NCBI GenBank assembly: GCA_045106895.1
Contig: JBGCFM010000039.1
Coordinates: forward strand, 1 to 64,000
From: Polyangiales bacterium
GTDB lineage: Bacteria; Myxococcota_A; Polyangia; Polyangiales; Houyiibacteriaceae
Length of the DNA: 64,000 bases
Reading direction: 5' to 3'
Both the position numbers and the translations under genes were made by a program. Position 1 is the stretch's first letter; each line of letters starts with the position of its first letter. Below the pieces are notes generated by a model. That model ran no database searches and was not told the origin of the DNA. It saw only the letters and a list, made by a program, of their open reading frames with translations. Shown here piece by piece: positions 39,443-51,124 of the stretch.

Positions 39443-39678
39443 GAGAGTTCGCTCACAGTACGTTGTTCGCTGGCCACCTGCGTGGGCCGGAGCCGACGGA
39501 TCTGGCGCGACGCGAGCGAAAAACGCTTTTTTCGGCTGCATCTAAAGCTCCTTGGCGGAAGGCCGTTGACGTAGTCATGTGCCGTTTTGTGCCGACAAGA
39601 AGTGCTGAAAAACGATCCACGCATTTGGGTGAGTTTTCGCCCCCTCGCTCCTCGCAAAAAAGGAGCTTTTCGTTGAAA

Positions 39679-39707
39679 CCTAGGTAAGCTAGCGCGGCTT
39701 ACCTAGG
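39679..39707. promoter_or_regulatory. Perfect 11-7-11 inverted repeat upstream of ompA/traB-like gene
   Basis: CCTAGGTAAGC-TAGCGCG-GCTTACCTAGG. Confidence 0.5.
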
Positions 39708-39791
39708 GTAGTCATTGGATGTGTCAGGGGGCCTCCTCGCGGAGCTGACAAACCAGAACTTTATAAGTGCCTAATTCAGAGGATAGTTGGA

Positions 39792-41666
39792 ATGAATAAG
39801 ACCATCAGAACGCAGGGAATACTCGCTGCTGTGATTGCGGGAATGCTCGGCTTCTCGGCCGGCGCCGCAGCTCAAGAATCTGCGACGTTGAACCAATTTA
39901 GGGCTTCTGAGACGCCCAACGACGGCTTTGCGATGAGCCGGCCCGACGACCTCGGGCACATGGACCTCGGAGCGCAACTCCACGTCGACTACGCGAACGA
40001 CCCTCTCGTCTACGAGACCTCCCTCGGCGACTCGGACTCCGAGTCCACACGCGTCGTGTCCGACGAGCTCACCGCACAGGTCGGTCTCGCCTTCGGTCTC
40101 TTCGACCGACTGGTCATCTACGCCGGCCTCCCTGTCGTCCTCTGGATGAATGGCGAAGACACCACCGGCCTAAACGTTCCAGCCGCAGACGGCTCCGGCC
40201 TCGGCGACGTCTTCCTCGGCGCTCGTGTTCGCCTCCTCGGTGAGCGCGACGACAGCTTCGGACTCGGTCTTCAGGTCACGGGAACCTTCCCCACCGGCGG
40301 CGGCGCGTACCGCGGCGACAACTTCCTCACGATTCACCCAGAGCTTCTGGCTGAAGTCCGTGCCGACATCCTCCGCATCACGTTGAACGCCGGCGCTCGT
40401 TTCCGCGAGAACCAGACCTTCCAGTCCGCAGCAGGCGCAGCCGAGGTCACCGTTGGAGACCAGTTCACCTTCGCTCTCGGCATCAGCGTCCCTCTCTACG
40501 GCACGCACCTTCAGCCCGGCACCACGCGCCTCGATCTTCACGTCCAGGCTTGGGGCTCCACGGCCTTCAACAACTTCTTCGACCGCGAAGAGACGCCTTT
40601 CGAGGCTCTCGCCGGCCTCAAGTTCCACCACAGCTCCGGCATCGTGGCGGGTCTCTCCGGCGGCACCGGCCTCAACCGCGGCTTTGGAAGCCCTGACTTC
40701 CGCGCCATCGGCACCATCGGCTGGACCCCAGCAGGCGAAGCCGCCGCTGCACCTCCTTCGGACCCAGACGTCGACACCGACGGTGACGGCCTCATGGACA
40801 ACGTCGACGAATGTCCGACCGAGCCTGAAGACGTCGACTCCTTCGAGGACGAGAACGGCTGCCCGGACACCGACAACGACAACGACGGAATCCTCGACGC
40901 CGATGACCAGTGCCCAATGGACCCAGAGGACATGGACGCCTTTGAGGACGAGAACGGCTGCCCAGACCCGGACAACGACGAAGACGGCATCCTCGACACC
41001 GCCGATGAGTGCCCCATGCAGCCCGAAGACTTCGACCAGTTCGAAGACGAGAACGGTTGCCCCGACCCGGACAACGATGGAGACGGCGTCATGGACGGCG
41101 CTGACAACTGCCCACTTGAAGCAGGCGTCGTTGCAAACAATGGCTGCCCCGACGCAGACCGCGATGGCGACACCGTCGTCGACCGACTCGACAACTGTCC
41201 CGACGAAGCTGGCACCGTGGCCAACCAGGGCTGCCGAGCTCGCCAGCAGGTTGTCATTCGTGACGGCCAGCTCGAGATTCTCGACAAGGTCTTCTTCCGC
41301 ACCAACAGTGACCGCATCCTGAGCCGCTCCAACCGTCTCTTGAACAACGTCGCCCAGGTCATCAACAACCACCCGGAGATCACCATCATCCGAGTCGAAG
41401 GTCACACCGATGACCGCGGTGACGACGACTACAACATGGACCTCTCCCGCCGTCGTGCGGAGGCCGTCGTTGCTTACCTCATCCGTAAGGACGTCGAAGC
41501 CGGTCGCCTCCGAGCCGCAGGCTTCGGTGAGACTCGCGCCATCGAGACGAACGACACCCGTGAGGGTCGCGCTGCCAACCGCCGCGTGGAGTTCAACCTC
41601 GGCGAGGGTGGAAGCGACATCCAGCAGCAGAATAGCGGCCCAGGCGCCGACTCCATCGACAGCTAG
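39792..41666 (+). CDS. TraB-like OmpA-family protein: OM beta-barrel, thrombospondin type-3 repeats, OmpA peptidoglycan-binding domain
   Basis: Signal peptide; D.D.DG..D..D.CP...ED.D.FED.NGCPD repeats; EGHTD..G...YN..LS..RA and NRRVEF; RBS GAGGA. Confidence 0.92.
   Translation: MNKTIRTQGILAAVIAGMLGFSAGAAAQESATLNQFRASETPNDGFAMSRPDDLGHMDLGAQLHVDYANDPLVYETSLGDSDSESTRVVSDELTAQVGLAFGLFDRLVIYAGLPVVLWMNGEDTTGLNVPAADGSGLGDVFLGARVRLLGERDDSFGLGLQVTGTFPTGGGAYRGDNFLTIHPELLAEVRADILRITLNAGARFRENQTFQSAAGAAEVTVGDQFTFALGISVPLYGTHLQPGTTRLDLHVQAWGSTAFNNFFDREETPFEALAGLKFHHSSGIVAGLSGGTGLNRGFGSPDFRAIGTIGWTPAGEAAAAPPSDPDVDTDGDGLMDNVDECPTEPEDVDSFEDENGCPDTDNDNDGILDADDQCPMDPEDMDAFEDENGCPDPDNDEDGILDTADECPMQPEDFDQFEDENGCPDPDNDGDGVMDGADNCPLEAGVVANNGCPDADRDGDTVVDRLDNCPDEAGTVANQGCRARQQVVIRDGQLEILDKVFFRTNSDRILSRSNRLLNNVAQVINNHPEITIIRVEGHTDDRGDDDYNMDLSRRRAEAVVAYLIRKDVEAGRLRAAGFGETRAIETNDTREGRAANRRVEFNLGEGGSDIQQQNSGPGADSIDS
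40770..41232 (+). repeat. Coding tandem repeats (TSP3 Ca-binding, 99-bp core period)
   Basis: GAGAACGG(C/T)TG recurs at 40851, 40950 and 41049. Confidence 0.85.
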
Positions 41667-41681
41667 ACTGCTCACGCACCG

Positions 41682-41713
41682 AAAAGCCCACCCGATATCG
41701 GGTGGGCTTTTTT
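41682..41713 (+). terminator. Rho-independent terminator
   Basis: AAAAGCCCACCCGATATCGGGTGGGCTTTTTT perfect hairpin plus U-tract after the ompA-like stop. Confidence 0.9.
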
Positions 41714-41769
41714 GTTTCCGTCAATGTTGCTTCGCCCGCAACGGGACAGGTTCATGGCATGGTGTGCCC

Positions 41770-43485
41770 ATGGACGAGCGGGCCACACTCGAAGACAACC
41801 TCCACAAGCTTGAACTTCTCTACGAAGTGGGCATCGCCCTCTCCGCCGAGCACGACACCGACAGGCTGATGGAACGCATCCTGATGGAGGCGAAGAAGCT
41901 ATGCCGCGCGGATGGGGGAACCTTGTACATGCGTACCGAAGACGACCACCTTCGCTTCGCCATCGTTCGCAATGACTCGCTTGGCATCGCGCTTGGCGGC
42001 ACGACGGGCAGCAAAGTACCCTTCGCACCCATCGAGCTCCACGACGACGAGACGCAGCGCCCCAACCACAACAACGTGGCGACCTACGCAGCGCTCATCA
42101 AGAAGTCCGTCAACATCCCGGATGCGTATGACACGACGACCTTTGACTTCAGTGGCACCAAGGCCTTCGACGACGCGAACGGCTACCGCTCGACTTCTTT
42201 CCTGACCATTCCCCTCGTCAACCACAAGCGACGGGTCATCGCGGTGCTTCAGCTGATCAACGCCCAAGACGAAGATGGAAAGACCATCGCGTTTAGTCGC
42301 AGCCGCCAGCGAATCGTCGAAGCGCTAGCCTCGCAGGCAGCGGTGGCCCTTGAGAACCAGCAGCTCATCGACGGGCAACGAAAGCTCCTGGAGTCGTTCA
42401 TTCAGATGATCGCCGCCGCCATCGACAGCAAGTCACCCTACACGGGTGCGCACTGTGAGCGAGTGCCGATTCTAACGCTCATGCTCGCCCAAGCTGCGTG
42501 CGAGCAAGGCGAGGGTCCCTTCGGCTCGTTCAATCTCAGCGAAGACGAGTGGTATGAACTCAAGATCGCGGCGTGGCTCCATGACTGCGGCAAGGTGACG
42601 ACGCCGGTCCACATCATGGACAAAGGCACCAAGCTCGAGACCATCAACGACCGCATCGAAACGGTGGCGGCGCGATTCGAAGTGCTCAAGCGCGACGCCA
42701 AGATCGTCATGCTTGAGGCAAAGCTCAGCGGTGAAAACGCGGAGGACGCCGAAGCGCAGTATGCCGAGACCGTTGCGCGTCTCAGCGAGGAGCTCGGGTT
42801 CCTGCGAGAGGCGAACGTCGGCGCCGAGTTTCTCGCGGACAAGTCTGCCGGCGAGATTCGCGAGATCGGCAAGCGCCTCTTCATCCAGGAGGGCCTTGAG
42901 CGCGCACTCCTCAGTGAAGACGAAGTGGACAACCTTTGTATCTCCCGTGGAACGCTCACGGACGACGAGCGACTCATCATCAACGGGCACATGGTGCAAA
43001 CGGTTCAGATGCTCGAGTCGTTGCCCTTTCCGGCAAACCTACGGAACGTGCCCGAGTATGCCGGCGGCCACCACGAACGCTTCGATGGCAAGGGCTACCC
43101 GCGTGGCCTCTATGCCGGCGATATGTCGATCCCCGCGCGCATCATGGCCATCGCCGACGTCTTCGAGGCGCTCACGGCCCAAGACCGTCCTTATAAGAAG
43201 GGGAAGACCCTCTCCGAGTCGATGCGCATCATGGGTTTCATGAAGCGTGACAACCACCTGGACCCGGAGCTCCTCGACCTATTCGTGACGAGCGGGGTGT
43301 ACAAGGAGTATGGCCGGCGGTACCTGCCGCCTTCGCTCATCGACGAGGTCGACGAAGAAGCGATTCTCGCCATCGAGCCGAAGGCCTTCGAGCTGCCCCC
43401 CGAAGAGCAACGCGAAGAGCGACGTTCTGGCTTCCTCCCACGATACCGTCGGCTTCGTGGAAGCGTGATGGGGGAGATCGAGTAG
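41770..43485 (+). CDS. GAF plus HD-GYP cyclic-dinucleotide phosphodiesterase
   Basis: GAF (ADGGTLY, GYRSTSFLTIPL, VLQLIN), SPYTGAHCERV, LHDCGK, HHERFDGKGYP, ADVFEALT..RPYK. Confidence 0.93.
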   Translation: MDERATLEDNLHKLELLYEVGIALSAEHDTDRLMERILMEAKKLCRADGGTLYMRTEDDHLRFAIVRNDSLGIALGGTTGSKVPFAPIELHDDETQRPNHNNVATYAALIKKSVNIPDAYDTTTFDFSGTKAFDDANGYRSTSFLTIPLVNHKRRVIAVLQLINAQDEDGKTIAFSRSRQRIVEALASQAAVALENQQLIDGQRKLLESFIQMIAAAIDSKSPYTGAHCERVPILTLMLAQAACEQGEGPFGSFNLSEDEWYELKIAAWLHDCGKVTTPVHIMDKGTKLETINDRIETVAARFEVLKRDAKIVMLEAKLSGENAEDAEAQYAETVARLSEELGFLREANVGAEFLADKSAGEIREIGKRLFIQEGLERALLSEDEVDNLCISRGTLTDDERLIINGHMVQTVQMLESLPFPANLRNVPEYAGGHHERFDGKGYPRGLYAGDMSIPARIMAIADVFEALTAQDRPYKKGKTLSESMRIMGFMKRDNHLDPELLDLFVTSGVYKEYGRRYLPPSLIDEVDEEAILAIEPKAFELPPEEQREERRSGFLPRYRRLRGSVMGEIE

Positions 43486-44712
43486 ATGACTCGAACTCCG
43501 TACGTCGCACTCTTTGGTTTGACGCTCTCCCTGCTCTTCACCTCGTGCGCGGAGGAGGACGAGTGCAGGTTCAACTCTCAGTGCGGAACGGGCATGTTCT
43601 GCAGCCGCGGCGAGTGTCTACAGAACTGCATCTTGGACACGGACTGCGGCCCCGGCCAGACATGCAACACCGTCGGTCAATGCGTTGCTCCTGACGGTGG
43701 CGCGGACGCCGCAGCGGACGTACCCACGTCAGTCGACGCCGGTGGACGAGATGGGGCCGCGCCGGACGCATCGGAGCGTGACGTTCCTGTGACTCCCGAC
43801 GTCGATGCAGGTCAAGACAGCGGCCCAGGCCTAGACGGCGGGCCGCTGGGCGGACGCCTCGACTCGTGCATGAGCGGCGACGAGTGCGCCTCGACGCGCT
43901 GCGACGATTCACGCTGCACCGAAATCTGCACCAGCAACAGCGAGTGCGCTCACGACGAGCTATGCGCCGGCGGCGTCTGTCGGCGCGACGACACCGGTGA
44001 GATGTGCTCTGTGGCCACGGCGACGACGTGTGTCCTGGGACTCTGCCTCGGTGATATGAGCTCCGGCGAGTGCACGCGCCCGTGCGACAACGCCGGCGAC
44101 TGTCCATCCGGGTTCGCGTGCAGCGAAATTAGCGGCCAGCAGGTGTGTATGCTCATCGAAACGCCCTGCACGGGTGGCGGTACCGAGTGCAGGTCGGGCC
44201 TTTGCCTCAGCGCCCAGGGTTGCACCGCCACGTGCCGAACGGCGGCAGACTGTCCGCTTCGAGCCACGGCCCTCGGCGTGACTGCCTATACGTGCGAGAT
44301 CATTGCCGGCTCCGCGACACCGGTATGTGTTCCGCCCGCAGACATATTGGGGTCTGCGCCCATCGGAAGCACGTGTCCGTCGAGCGGCACCAACGATTGC
44401 CGGTCAGGACTTTGCAACCCAGGAGCGCCGGGGGGCCCAATGTGTACACAAAGCTGCACGCCGGACGGCGGCTGCCCTCCTGGCTTCGGCTGCAAACCCG
44501 AAGAGGTCGACGCCGGCGTCTTCGAAGCGCTCTGCGCGCGGGCTGGTAGCGGCGCGGTCGGGGCAAGCTGCACCCAGAGCACGGACTGCGAGAGCGCGAT
44601 CTGTGATGCCGGTGGGTACTGCTCGCGCCTGTGCAACGACTCCCTGTGCCCGACGGGTTTTCGCTGCGAGACGCTGCCGAGTTCGTCGCTTCGAACCTGC
44701 GTACGTGAGTGA
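43486..44712 (+). CDS. Cys-rich repeat lipoprotein
   Basis: Lipobox FTSC; repeated C...C.SG.C...CT..C.....CP.GF.C modules; DAG linker. Confidence 0.85.
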   Translation: MTRTPYVALFGLTLSLLFTSCAEEDECRFNSQCGTGMFCSRGECLQNCILDTDCGPGQTCNTVGQCVAPDGGADAAADVPTSVDAGGRDGAAPDASERDVPVTPDVDAGQDSGPGLDGGPLGGRLDSCMSGDECASTRCDDSRCTEICTSNSECAHDELCAGGVCRRDDTGEMCSVATATTCVLGLCLGDMSSGECTRPCDNAGDCPSGFACSEISGQQVCMLIETPCTGGGTECRSGLCLSAQGCTATCRTAADCPLRATALGVTAYTCEIIAGSATPVCVPPADILGSAPIGSTCPSSGTNDCRSGLCNPGAPGGPMCTQSCTPDGGCPPGFGCKPEEVDAGVFEALCARAGSGAVGASCTQSTDCESAICDAGGYCSRLCNDSLCPTGFRCETLPSSSLRTCVRE

Positions 44713-44731
44713 GAGAGGGAGGGAGACTCGC

Positions 44732-45777
44732 TCACGCGAGCCAGTCGAGGACGACCTTGCCAGACTGACCGGAGCGCATCACATCGAAGCCCTCCTGAAA
44801 GCTCTCCGCCGGATACTCGTGGGTGAGCAGAGGCGAGATATCGAGCCCTGACTGCAACATCGAAACCATCTTGTACCAAGTCTCGAACATCTCCCGGCCG
44901 TAGATGCCCTTGAGAACAAGGCCCTTAAAGATGACGTGGTTCCAGTCGATGGTGACATCGCCGGGCGGAATCCCGAGGAGCGCGACGCGGCCCCCGTGGT
45001 TCATGACATCGAGCATGCCAGAGAAGGCGCTGCCGTTCCCGCTCATCTCAAGCCCCACATCGTAGCCTTCGGTCATCCCGAGGGCCTCCATCGCTTCACG
45101 GGGTGATTCGTTGCGAACATCCACGGTCCGGCTCGCGCCCATCTTTGCGGCGAGCTCCAAGCGATAAGGGTTTACGTCCGTGACGACGACGTGCCGCGCC
45201 CCGACGTGACGACAGATCGCCGCCGCCATAATACCGATGGGACCCGCGCCGGTGATGAGAACATCTTCGCCGACGAGGTCGAAGGAGAGCGCCGTGTGCG
45301 CCGCGTTGCCAAGGGGGTCGAGGTAGGCGGCGATCTTGTCCGGCACGTTCGCCGGCAACTTGAAAGCGTTCACCGCCGGCAAGGAGAGGTAGTCCGCGAA
45401 GGCACCGTTCCGGTTTACGCCCACGCCGACGGTATTTCGACAGAGGTGCCGCTTTCCTGCGCGGCAGTTGCGGCAGTGACCGCAGGTGATGTGGCCTTCG
45501 CCGCTGACACGGTCGCCGACTTCGAATCCAAGCACGTGCGAACCGATGGCGACGACGACCCCGCTAAACTCATGTCCCACGGTCATCGGGACGGGGATGG
45601 TGTTCTGCGCCCACTCATCCCAGTTGTAGATGTGGATGTCCGTGCCGCAGATCGCCGTCTTGGCGATTCGAATCAGCAGGTCGTTGGGCCCGATCTCCGG
45701 GACCGGGACCTCCTGCATCCACAGGCCCTCTTTCGCCTCCTGCTTCACGAGGGCGCGCATGGTCTGAGGGAATTCGC

Positions 45778-45781
<4 letters not shown>
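44732..45781 (-). CDS. tdh: L-threonine 3-dehydrogenase
   Basis: [44 protein letters not shown]. Confidence 0.98.
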
Positions 45782-46968
<1,187 letters not shown>

Positions 46969-47078
46969 GGCCGCGATGGTAGTGCCGCTGAGCGCCATGC
47001 AAAGCGGAAATCGACCTTCTCTGTCATCACACCTCTATCCGCGCCCCTAGCGAAGCGTCTTCGTTTTCGGGCAAACGT

Positions 47079-48854
47079 TCAGAAGTCGGCAACCTGCACG
47101 GGACGCGGCGCTTCCTCGGTGGTGCCATCACCAAGCTCCCCCTCGTTGTTTCGCCCCCAACAGAAGAGCGCACCATCACTTCGCAGCGCACAAGCATGAG
47201 CCTCTCCCGCCGCGATGGCGACGACATCGCCAATCACAGGGAGGCTCGGCGGCGCCGAGAGGTTTGCGTCAAACCCTGTGCCCAGCTGGCCGTGCGTTTG
47301 TCTTCCCCAGCAGTGAACATCACCAGAAGGAAGCAGATAGCAGGCAAAGTCGAGACCCAAGCTGACCTCCGCGGCGCCTGAGACGGAAGCGACGCTGACG
47401 GGACTTGGGCTGTCCAAGACAAGCCCGTTGCCAAGCTGCCCTTGAGAGCCCTCGCCCCAGCACACCGTACTCGTCGCGCCTACCCGCGTGGCACAGGAGA
47501 AGCGGCGGCCGGCGGACACGGTGCTCACATCCGTCAGTCGAAGGACTCGAACGGGCTCGTCGGAGTCGTCCCCCTCGCCGTTTCCCAGCCCCCCCGACGC
47601 TCCTCCTCCCCAGCACATCACCTCGCCGCTCGCGAGAACGGCGCAGGCGTGCGCATCCCCGCAACCAATGTCGACGGCCGTCGCGATGTCCGTCACGGAG
47701 AGAGGCGTAGCGCTCTCGCCATCGCCATCCACGCCGAGTTGTCCCCTGTCGTTGTTTCCCCAGCAACGAACGCCTCCATCTCGAATCTGGGCACAGACAA
47801 AGTCCGAGCCAGCGGAGATGCCTCGCGCGTCTGCGACGCCTGACACGAGCCGTGGCTCGGAACGGTCAGCGCCATTGTCCCCCAGCGCACTCTTCGCGTT
47901 GGATCCCCAGCAGCTGACGCCACCCGTCGCGTGAAGTGCGCACGTAAACTCGTCTCCGGCGGTGACCGCCACAGCATCTGTCAGACCGGGAACGAGGATT
48001 GGCTCAAGGGAGACTGCTGGCAACGCGCTGCCCAGCTCGCCTTTGGAGTTACGCCCCCAGCAGTAGACTTCACCGGCACGAACGGCGCAGGAGTGCCGCC
48101 TTCCCGCGGCGATTTGCCCCGACATCGAAGCGCAGGTGCCCTCGACGCAGGCTTCGCCCACGCCGCAGACTAGTCCGCACGCTCCGCAATGGTTCGGGGC
48201 TGTCAGGGTGTTGATCTCGCAGCCGTTTGTGGGCTGGGAATCGCAGTCTTCAAACCCCGAGTCGCAGTCTTCAATCTCGCACATGCCGGCGCGACAGCGA
48301 GCGTTCGCGTTCGCCAGGTCACACGCCGAAGCGCAGAGCGAGGGGCCGTCATCGCGGGGAGCATCGTCGAGCGCTGCATCACTTGGAGCGGCGTCACTTG
48401 CGGCTGCATCAAACGAGGAGCCGTCAGCCGCGCCGTCAAAAGACGCAACATCGCGGGACACCGACGCGTCGCGTGCGAGCGCCGAGGTGTCGAGTCCTGC
48501 ATCTTCGGCGCGGACTGGAACAACTTGAAGAGCGGCAGACGCGAAATGCTCCGCCGCAGCGCTCACGCGAAGATCGTAAGCGCCCACGGGCAGTGCCGAC
48601 GATAGTCGAACAAGCATCCCCTCGTGACCCACGTCGACAACGTCGGCGCGCTCGGCGCCGATCCAAACCTCAACTCCCGCGCGAAGCCTCAACTCTGAAC
48701 CCGTCGCCTCCAAGTAGTCGGCGTAAGGAACGCCCCGCACAACGAAGTTCGTGCCCTCTGCCTCGGACACAGGAACCTGACTAGGCTCGAGCCTCGGGGC
48801 TGTCTGAGCACAACCCGCGAGCACCAAAGCTCCGACGACAAAGACCCGCATCAT
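47079..48854 (-). CDS. Lipoprotein with Ig-like domain, Cys-rich module and RCC1/BLIP-II propeller
   Basis: Lipobox LAGC; about 7 G..(H/F).CA....G.V.CWG.N..G.LG repeats. Confidence 0.9.
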   Translation of the reverse strand: MMRVFVVGALVLAGCAQTAPRLEPSQVPVSEAEGTNFVVRGVPYADYLEATGSELRLRAGVEVWIGAERADVVDVGHEGMLVRLSSALPVGAYDLRVSAAAEHFASAALQVVPVRAEDAGLDTSALARDASVSRDVASFDGAADGSSFDAAASDAAPSDAALDDAPRDDGPSLCASACDLANANARCRAGMCEIEDCDSGFEDCDSQPTNGCEINTLTAPNHCGACGLVCGVGEACVEGTCASMSGQIAAGRRHSCAVRAGEVYCWGRNSKGELGSALPAVSLEPILVPGLTDAVAVTAGDEFTCALHATGGVSCWGSNAKSALGDNGADRSEPRLVSGVADARGISAGSDFVCAQIRDGGVRCWGNNDRGQLGVDGDGESATPLSVTDIATAVDIGCGDAHACAVLASGEVMCWGGGASGGLGNGEGDDSDEPVRVLRLTDVSTVSAGRRFSCATRVGATSTVCWGEGSQGQLGNGLVLDSPSPVSVASVSGAAEVSLGLDFACYLLPSGDVHCWGRQTHGQLGTGFDANLSAPPSLPVIGDVVAIAAGEAHACALRSDGALFCWGRNNEGELGDGTTEEAPRPVQVADF

Positions 48855-51124
48855 CACGCCGCTCCCCTCGACTCGGGGATCTCCAGCAGCGAGTCGAGAA
48901 TCTTTGGGTCCAGAGGCTTTCCGACCACACGAACGCCCTGCGGCACGTTCTGCGCCGACCCGGTTACGATAACAAGCTTGCGCAAGAGCTCGGGCTGCTT
49001 TTCCCGGAGCGCCTCGACGAAACCCTGGCCGTTGAGATGCGGCATGCTCATGTCGCAGAGCACGAGGTCGAACTCGCGATGCGTCATCCACTCGAAGCCT
49101 TCCTTGGGGTCCGTCGTGCCTTCGACGTCAGCGCGCTTTCGCAACCACCGCTTCATCGATCGGACAACGGCGGCATCGTCATCGATGACCAGCAGACGTG
49201 GGCGGGGCGAATCGATCGGCGTCGCCCGCGCCGCGGGAATTGAGTCTGGAGTGGCGGCTGGAAGAGAGAGCCGAAACGTACTGCCGTCGGAAGAGCTGGC
49301 GACGAGTTCGAGAGTCCCGCCGTGAGCTTCGACAAGGGACCGAGAAATGTAGAGGCCGAGGCCGGTGCCTTGCTCGCCCTTCGACGTGTAGAACGCCTCG
49401 AAAAGCCTGTCTTTTGCTCCGAGGGGGATTCCGGGACCGTCGTCGATGACGTCGATGATCACCTCGCGCCCTTGCCGACGAGCGTGGACCTGGACATTTC
49501 CCCCGGGACCCGCGGCGTCGAGTGCGTTGTTCATCAGGTTGAGCACGACCTGCTCGAAGCGGCCTCGATCGACGCCGACTTGGAGACGCTCGTCGCCCAC
49601 GACTTCCACGGTCCCGGCAGGTCGCCGCGCATGAGCCATACGTGCCATGTCCTGAAGAAGACCGTTGACCTCCACACTCTCTTGGCTCGTGCTGCGGCCC
49701 CCGCTCGAGACCGCCGAAAGGTCACGTACAATGTGGATGAGGCGCTGCACACCCTGATGCGCGTCGCCAACCATTTCGCGCACGTCCTCGCTGAGCTCTT
49801 CCTCCAGCACGGCGAGCATATTTGCGTTCACGAACGCGAGGGGCGTGTTCATTTCGTGGGCGACGGACGCCGACAAGCGACTGAGCATGGCCAGCTTTTC
49901 GCCCACTCTGGCTTGCCGCTCCAGGTTCGCCGCGCGCAAGTTGCTCAGCGCGGTGCGCGTCAGAAGCTCCGCCACACGCACATCGGCTTCTGACACTTCC
50001 CCGGACGCGACGGCGAAGCCAAAGTCTCGCGCGCCATCGTGCAGAGCGATCACATGGTCTCGTGTGACGCGAACGACTCCGGAGTCATCCGCGTCGTATT
50101 CGGGCTCATCGGAAGGGGCAGACGGTCCGCCCTCGGCAGGACAAAACTCGGATCTCGGCGCTTCGATTCGCCACGGCACTTCAAGCGCGCCAAGCTCCGT
50201 CGCGAGTTCTGCGAGGTAGAGGTCGGGGTCCTCGGCGGAAGCACGACTGAGTTCGAGGGAGCGTGTGAGCGCCCTGGCATCTCGATGTAGTCGGGCGCTC
50301 AGCCCTTCGATGGCCGCCCCTAGATCCCCCACCTCGTCGTTCGGCAGCTTTGGAAAGGTGATCGGCAACGTTGTGCTCTGGCTCACCACCCGAACGAGCG
50401 CTCGAATGGGCGAGGTCACTCCTCGCGAGAACAGCCACGCCATGAGAAAGAGCGGTACAATGACAAGAGCAGACGCCGCCATAACCCGCTGAGATGTCAC
50501 GAACGCCGCGGCGCGCGCAGGCCCGAGAGGAACGTCCATCTCCAGCCGAAGTCCAGCCTCGATGGGCGCGACGTAGCGAATGGAGCGGTCGCTGCGACGC
50601 GCCTGAATCAAGTCCGTTCCGCCACCTTCGGTCACCAGCGCCGCCGTCCATCCGGAGGCGAAGGCGACGAGGTCCTCGAGCGGTACAAGCCCCACCACAC
50701 GCACGCCGCCAGCGCGTACGCGAAGAATGGCCTGGGTCCCGGCTATCACGAGGGCTCCGTCCGCGGCGCTTCCAGCGCCGCGAAGAACCTCCATGGCTTC
50801 GTGGGTACTGGAGGCTTCGAACACCTCCTCGCCTCCGCGGGAGGCGAGCACCGCGAGGACCGTTCCCTCGACGGCCCTTGGTACCTCAAGCAGGCGCCCG
50901 CCGTCGATGGCGAAGGCGGACGCGCGGAGCTGAGCGCGGGCCAACATGAGTCGCTGACGAATGGCGTCACGTCGTTGCTCCGTCGCGATCATGGCATGAT
51001 CGACGAGACCAGCCTCCCTGTCGTCCTGCACGACAGCCAGCACGGCCAAGGTGCTCACAGAAAGCGTCACGATGCCGGCGAGTAGAACGACGGCGAAGAC
51101 GCGGGCGAAAAGGTTTACTCTCAC
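48854..51124 (-). CDS. Membrane hybrid histidine kinase (2 TM, HAMP, HisKA, HATPase, REC)
   Basis: AHEMNTPL, NL..NALDA, DDGPG, GTGLGL, C-terminal IDDD..CDMSMP receiver. Confidence 0.93.
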   Translation of the reverse strand: MRVNLFARVFAVVLLAGIVTLSVSTLAVLAVVQDDREAGLVDHAMIATEQRRDAIRQRLMLARAQLRASAFAIDGGRLLEVPRAVEGTVLAVLASRGGEEVFEASSTHEAMEVLRGAGSAADGALVIAGTQAILRVRAGGVRVVGLVPLEDLVAFASGWTAALVTEGGGTDLIQARRSDRSIRYVAPIEAGLRLEMDVPLGPARAAAFVTSQRVMAASALVIVPLFLMAWLFSRGVTSPIRALVRVVSQSTTLPITFPKLPNDEVGDLGAAIEGLSARLHRDARALTRSLELSRASAEDPDLYLAELATELGALEVPWRIEAPRSEFCPAEGGPSAPSDEPEYDADDSGVVRVTRDHVIALHDGARDFGFAVASGEVSEADVRVAELLTRTALSNLRAANLERQARVGEKLAMLSRLSASVAHEMNTPLAFVNANMLAVLEEELSEDVREMVGDAHQGVQRLIHIVRDLSAVSSGGRSTSQESVEVNGLLQDMARMAHARRPAGTVEVVGDERLQVGVDRGRFEQVVLNLMNNALDAAGPGGNVQVHARRQGREVIIDVIDDGPGIPLGAKDRLFEAFYTSKGEQGTGLGLYISRSLVEAHGGTLELVASSSDGSTFRLSLPAATPDSIPAARATPIDSPRPRLLVIDDDAAVVRSMKRWLRKRADVEGTTDPKEGFEWMTHREFDLVLCDMSMPHLNGQGFVEALREKQPELLRKLVIVTGSAQNVPQGVRVVGKPLDPKILDSLLEIPESRGAA

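Noticed and set aside
40770..41232. Regularly spaced DNA repeats as a possible CRISPR array
   Set aside because: In-frame 99-bp coding repeats of TSP3 motifs with synonymous variation; no unique spacers or cas genes.
40170..41675. 501-aa minus-strand ORF
   Set aside because: Antisense shadow of the codon-biased OmpA-like gene; no motifs.
43486..44712. Cys-rich protein as TraA
   Set aside because: It has a lipobox, lacks a PA14-like variable domain and MYXO-CTERM tail, and is not adjacent to the traB-like gene.
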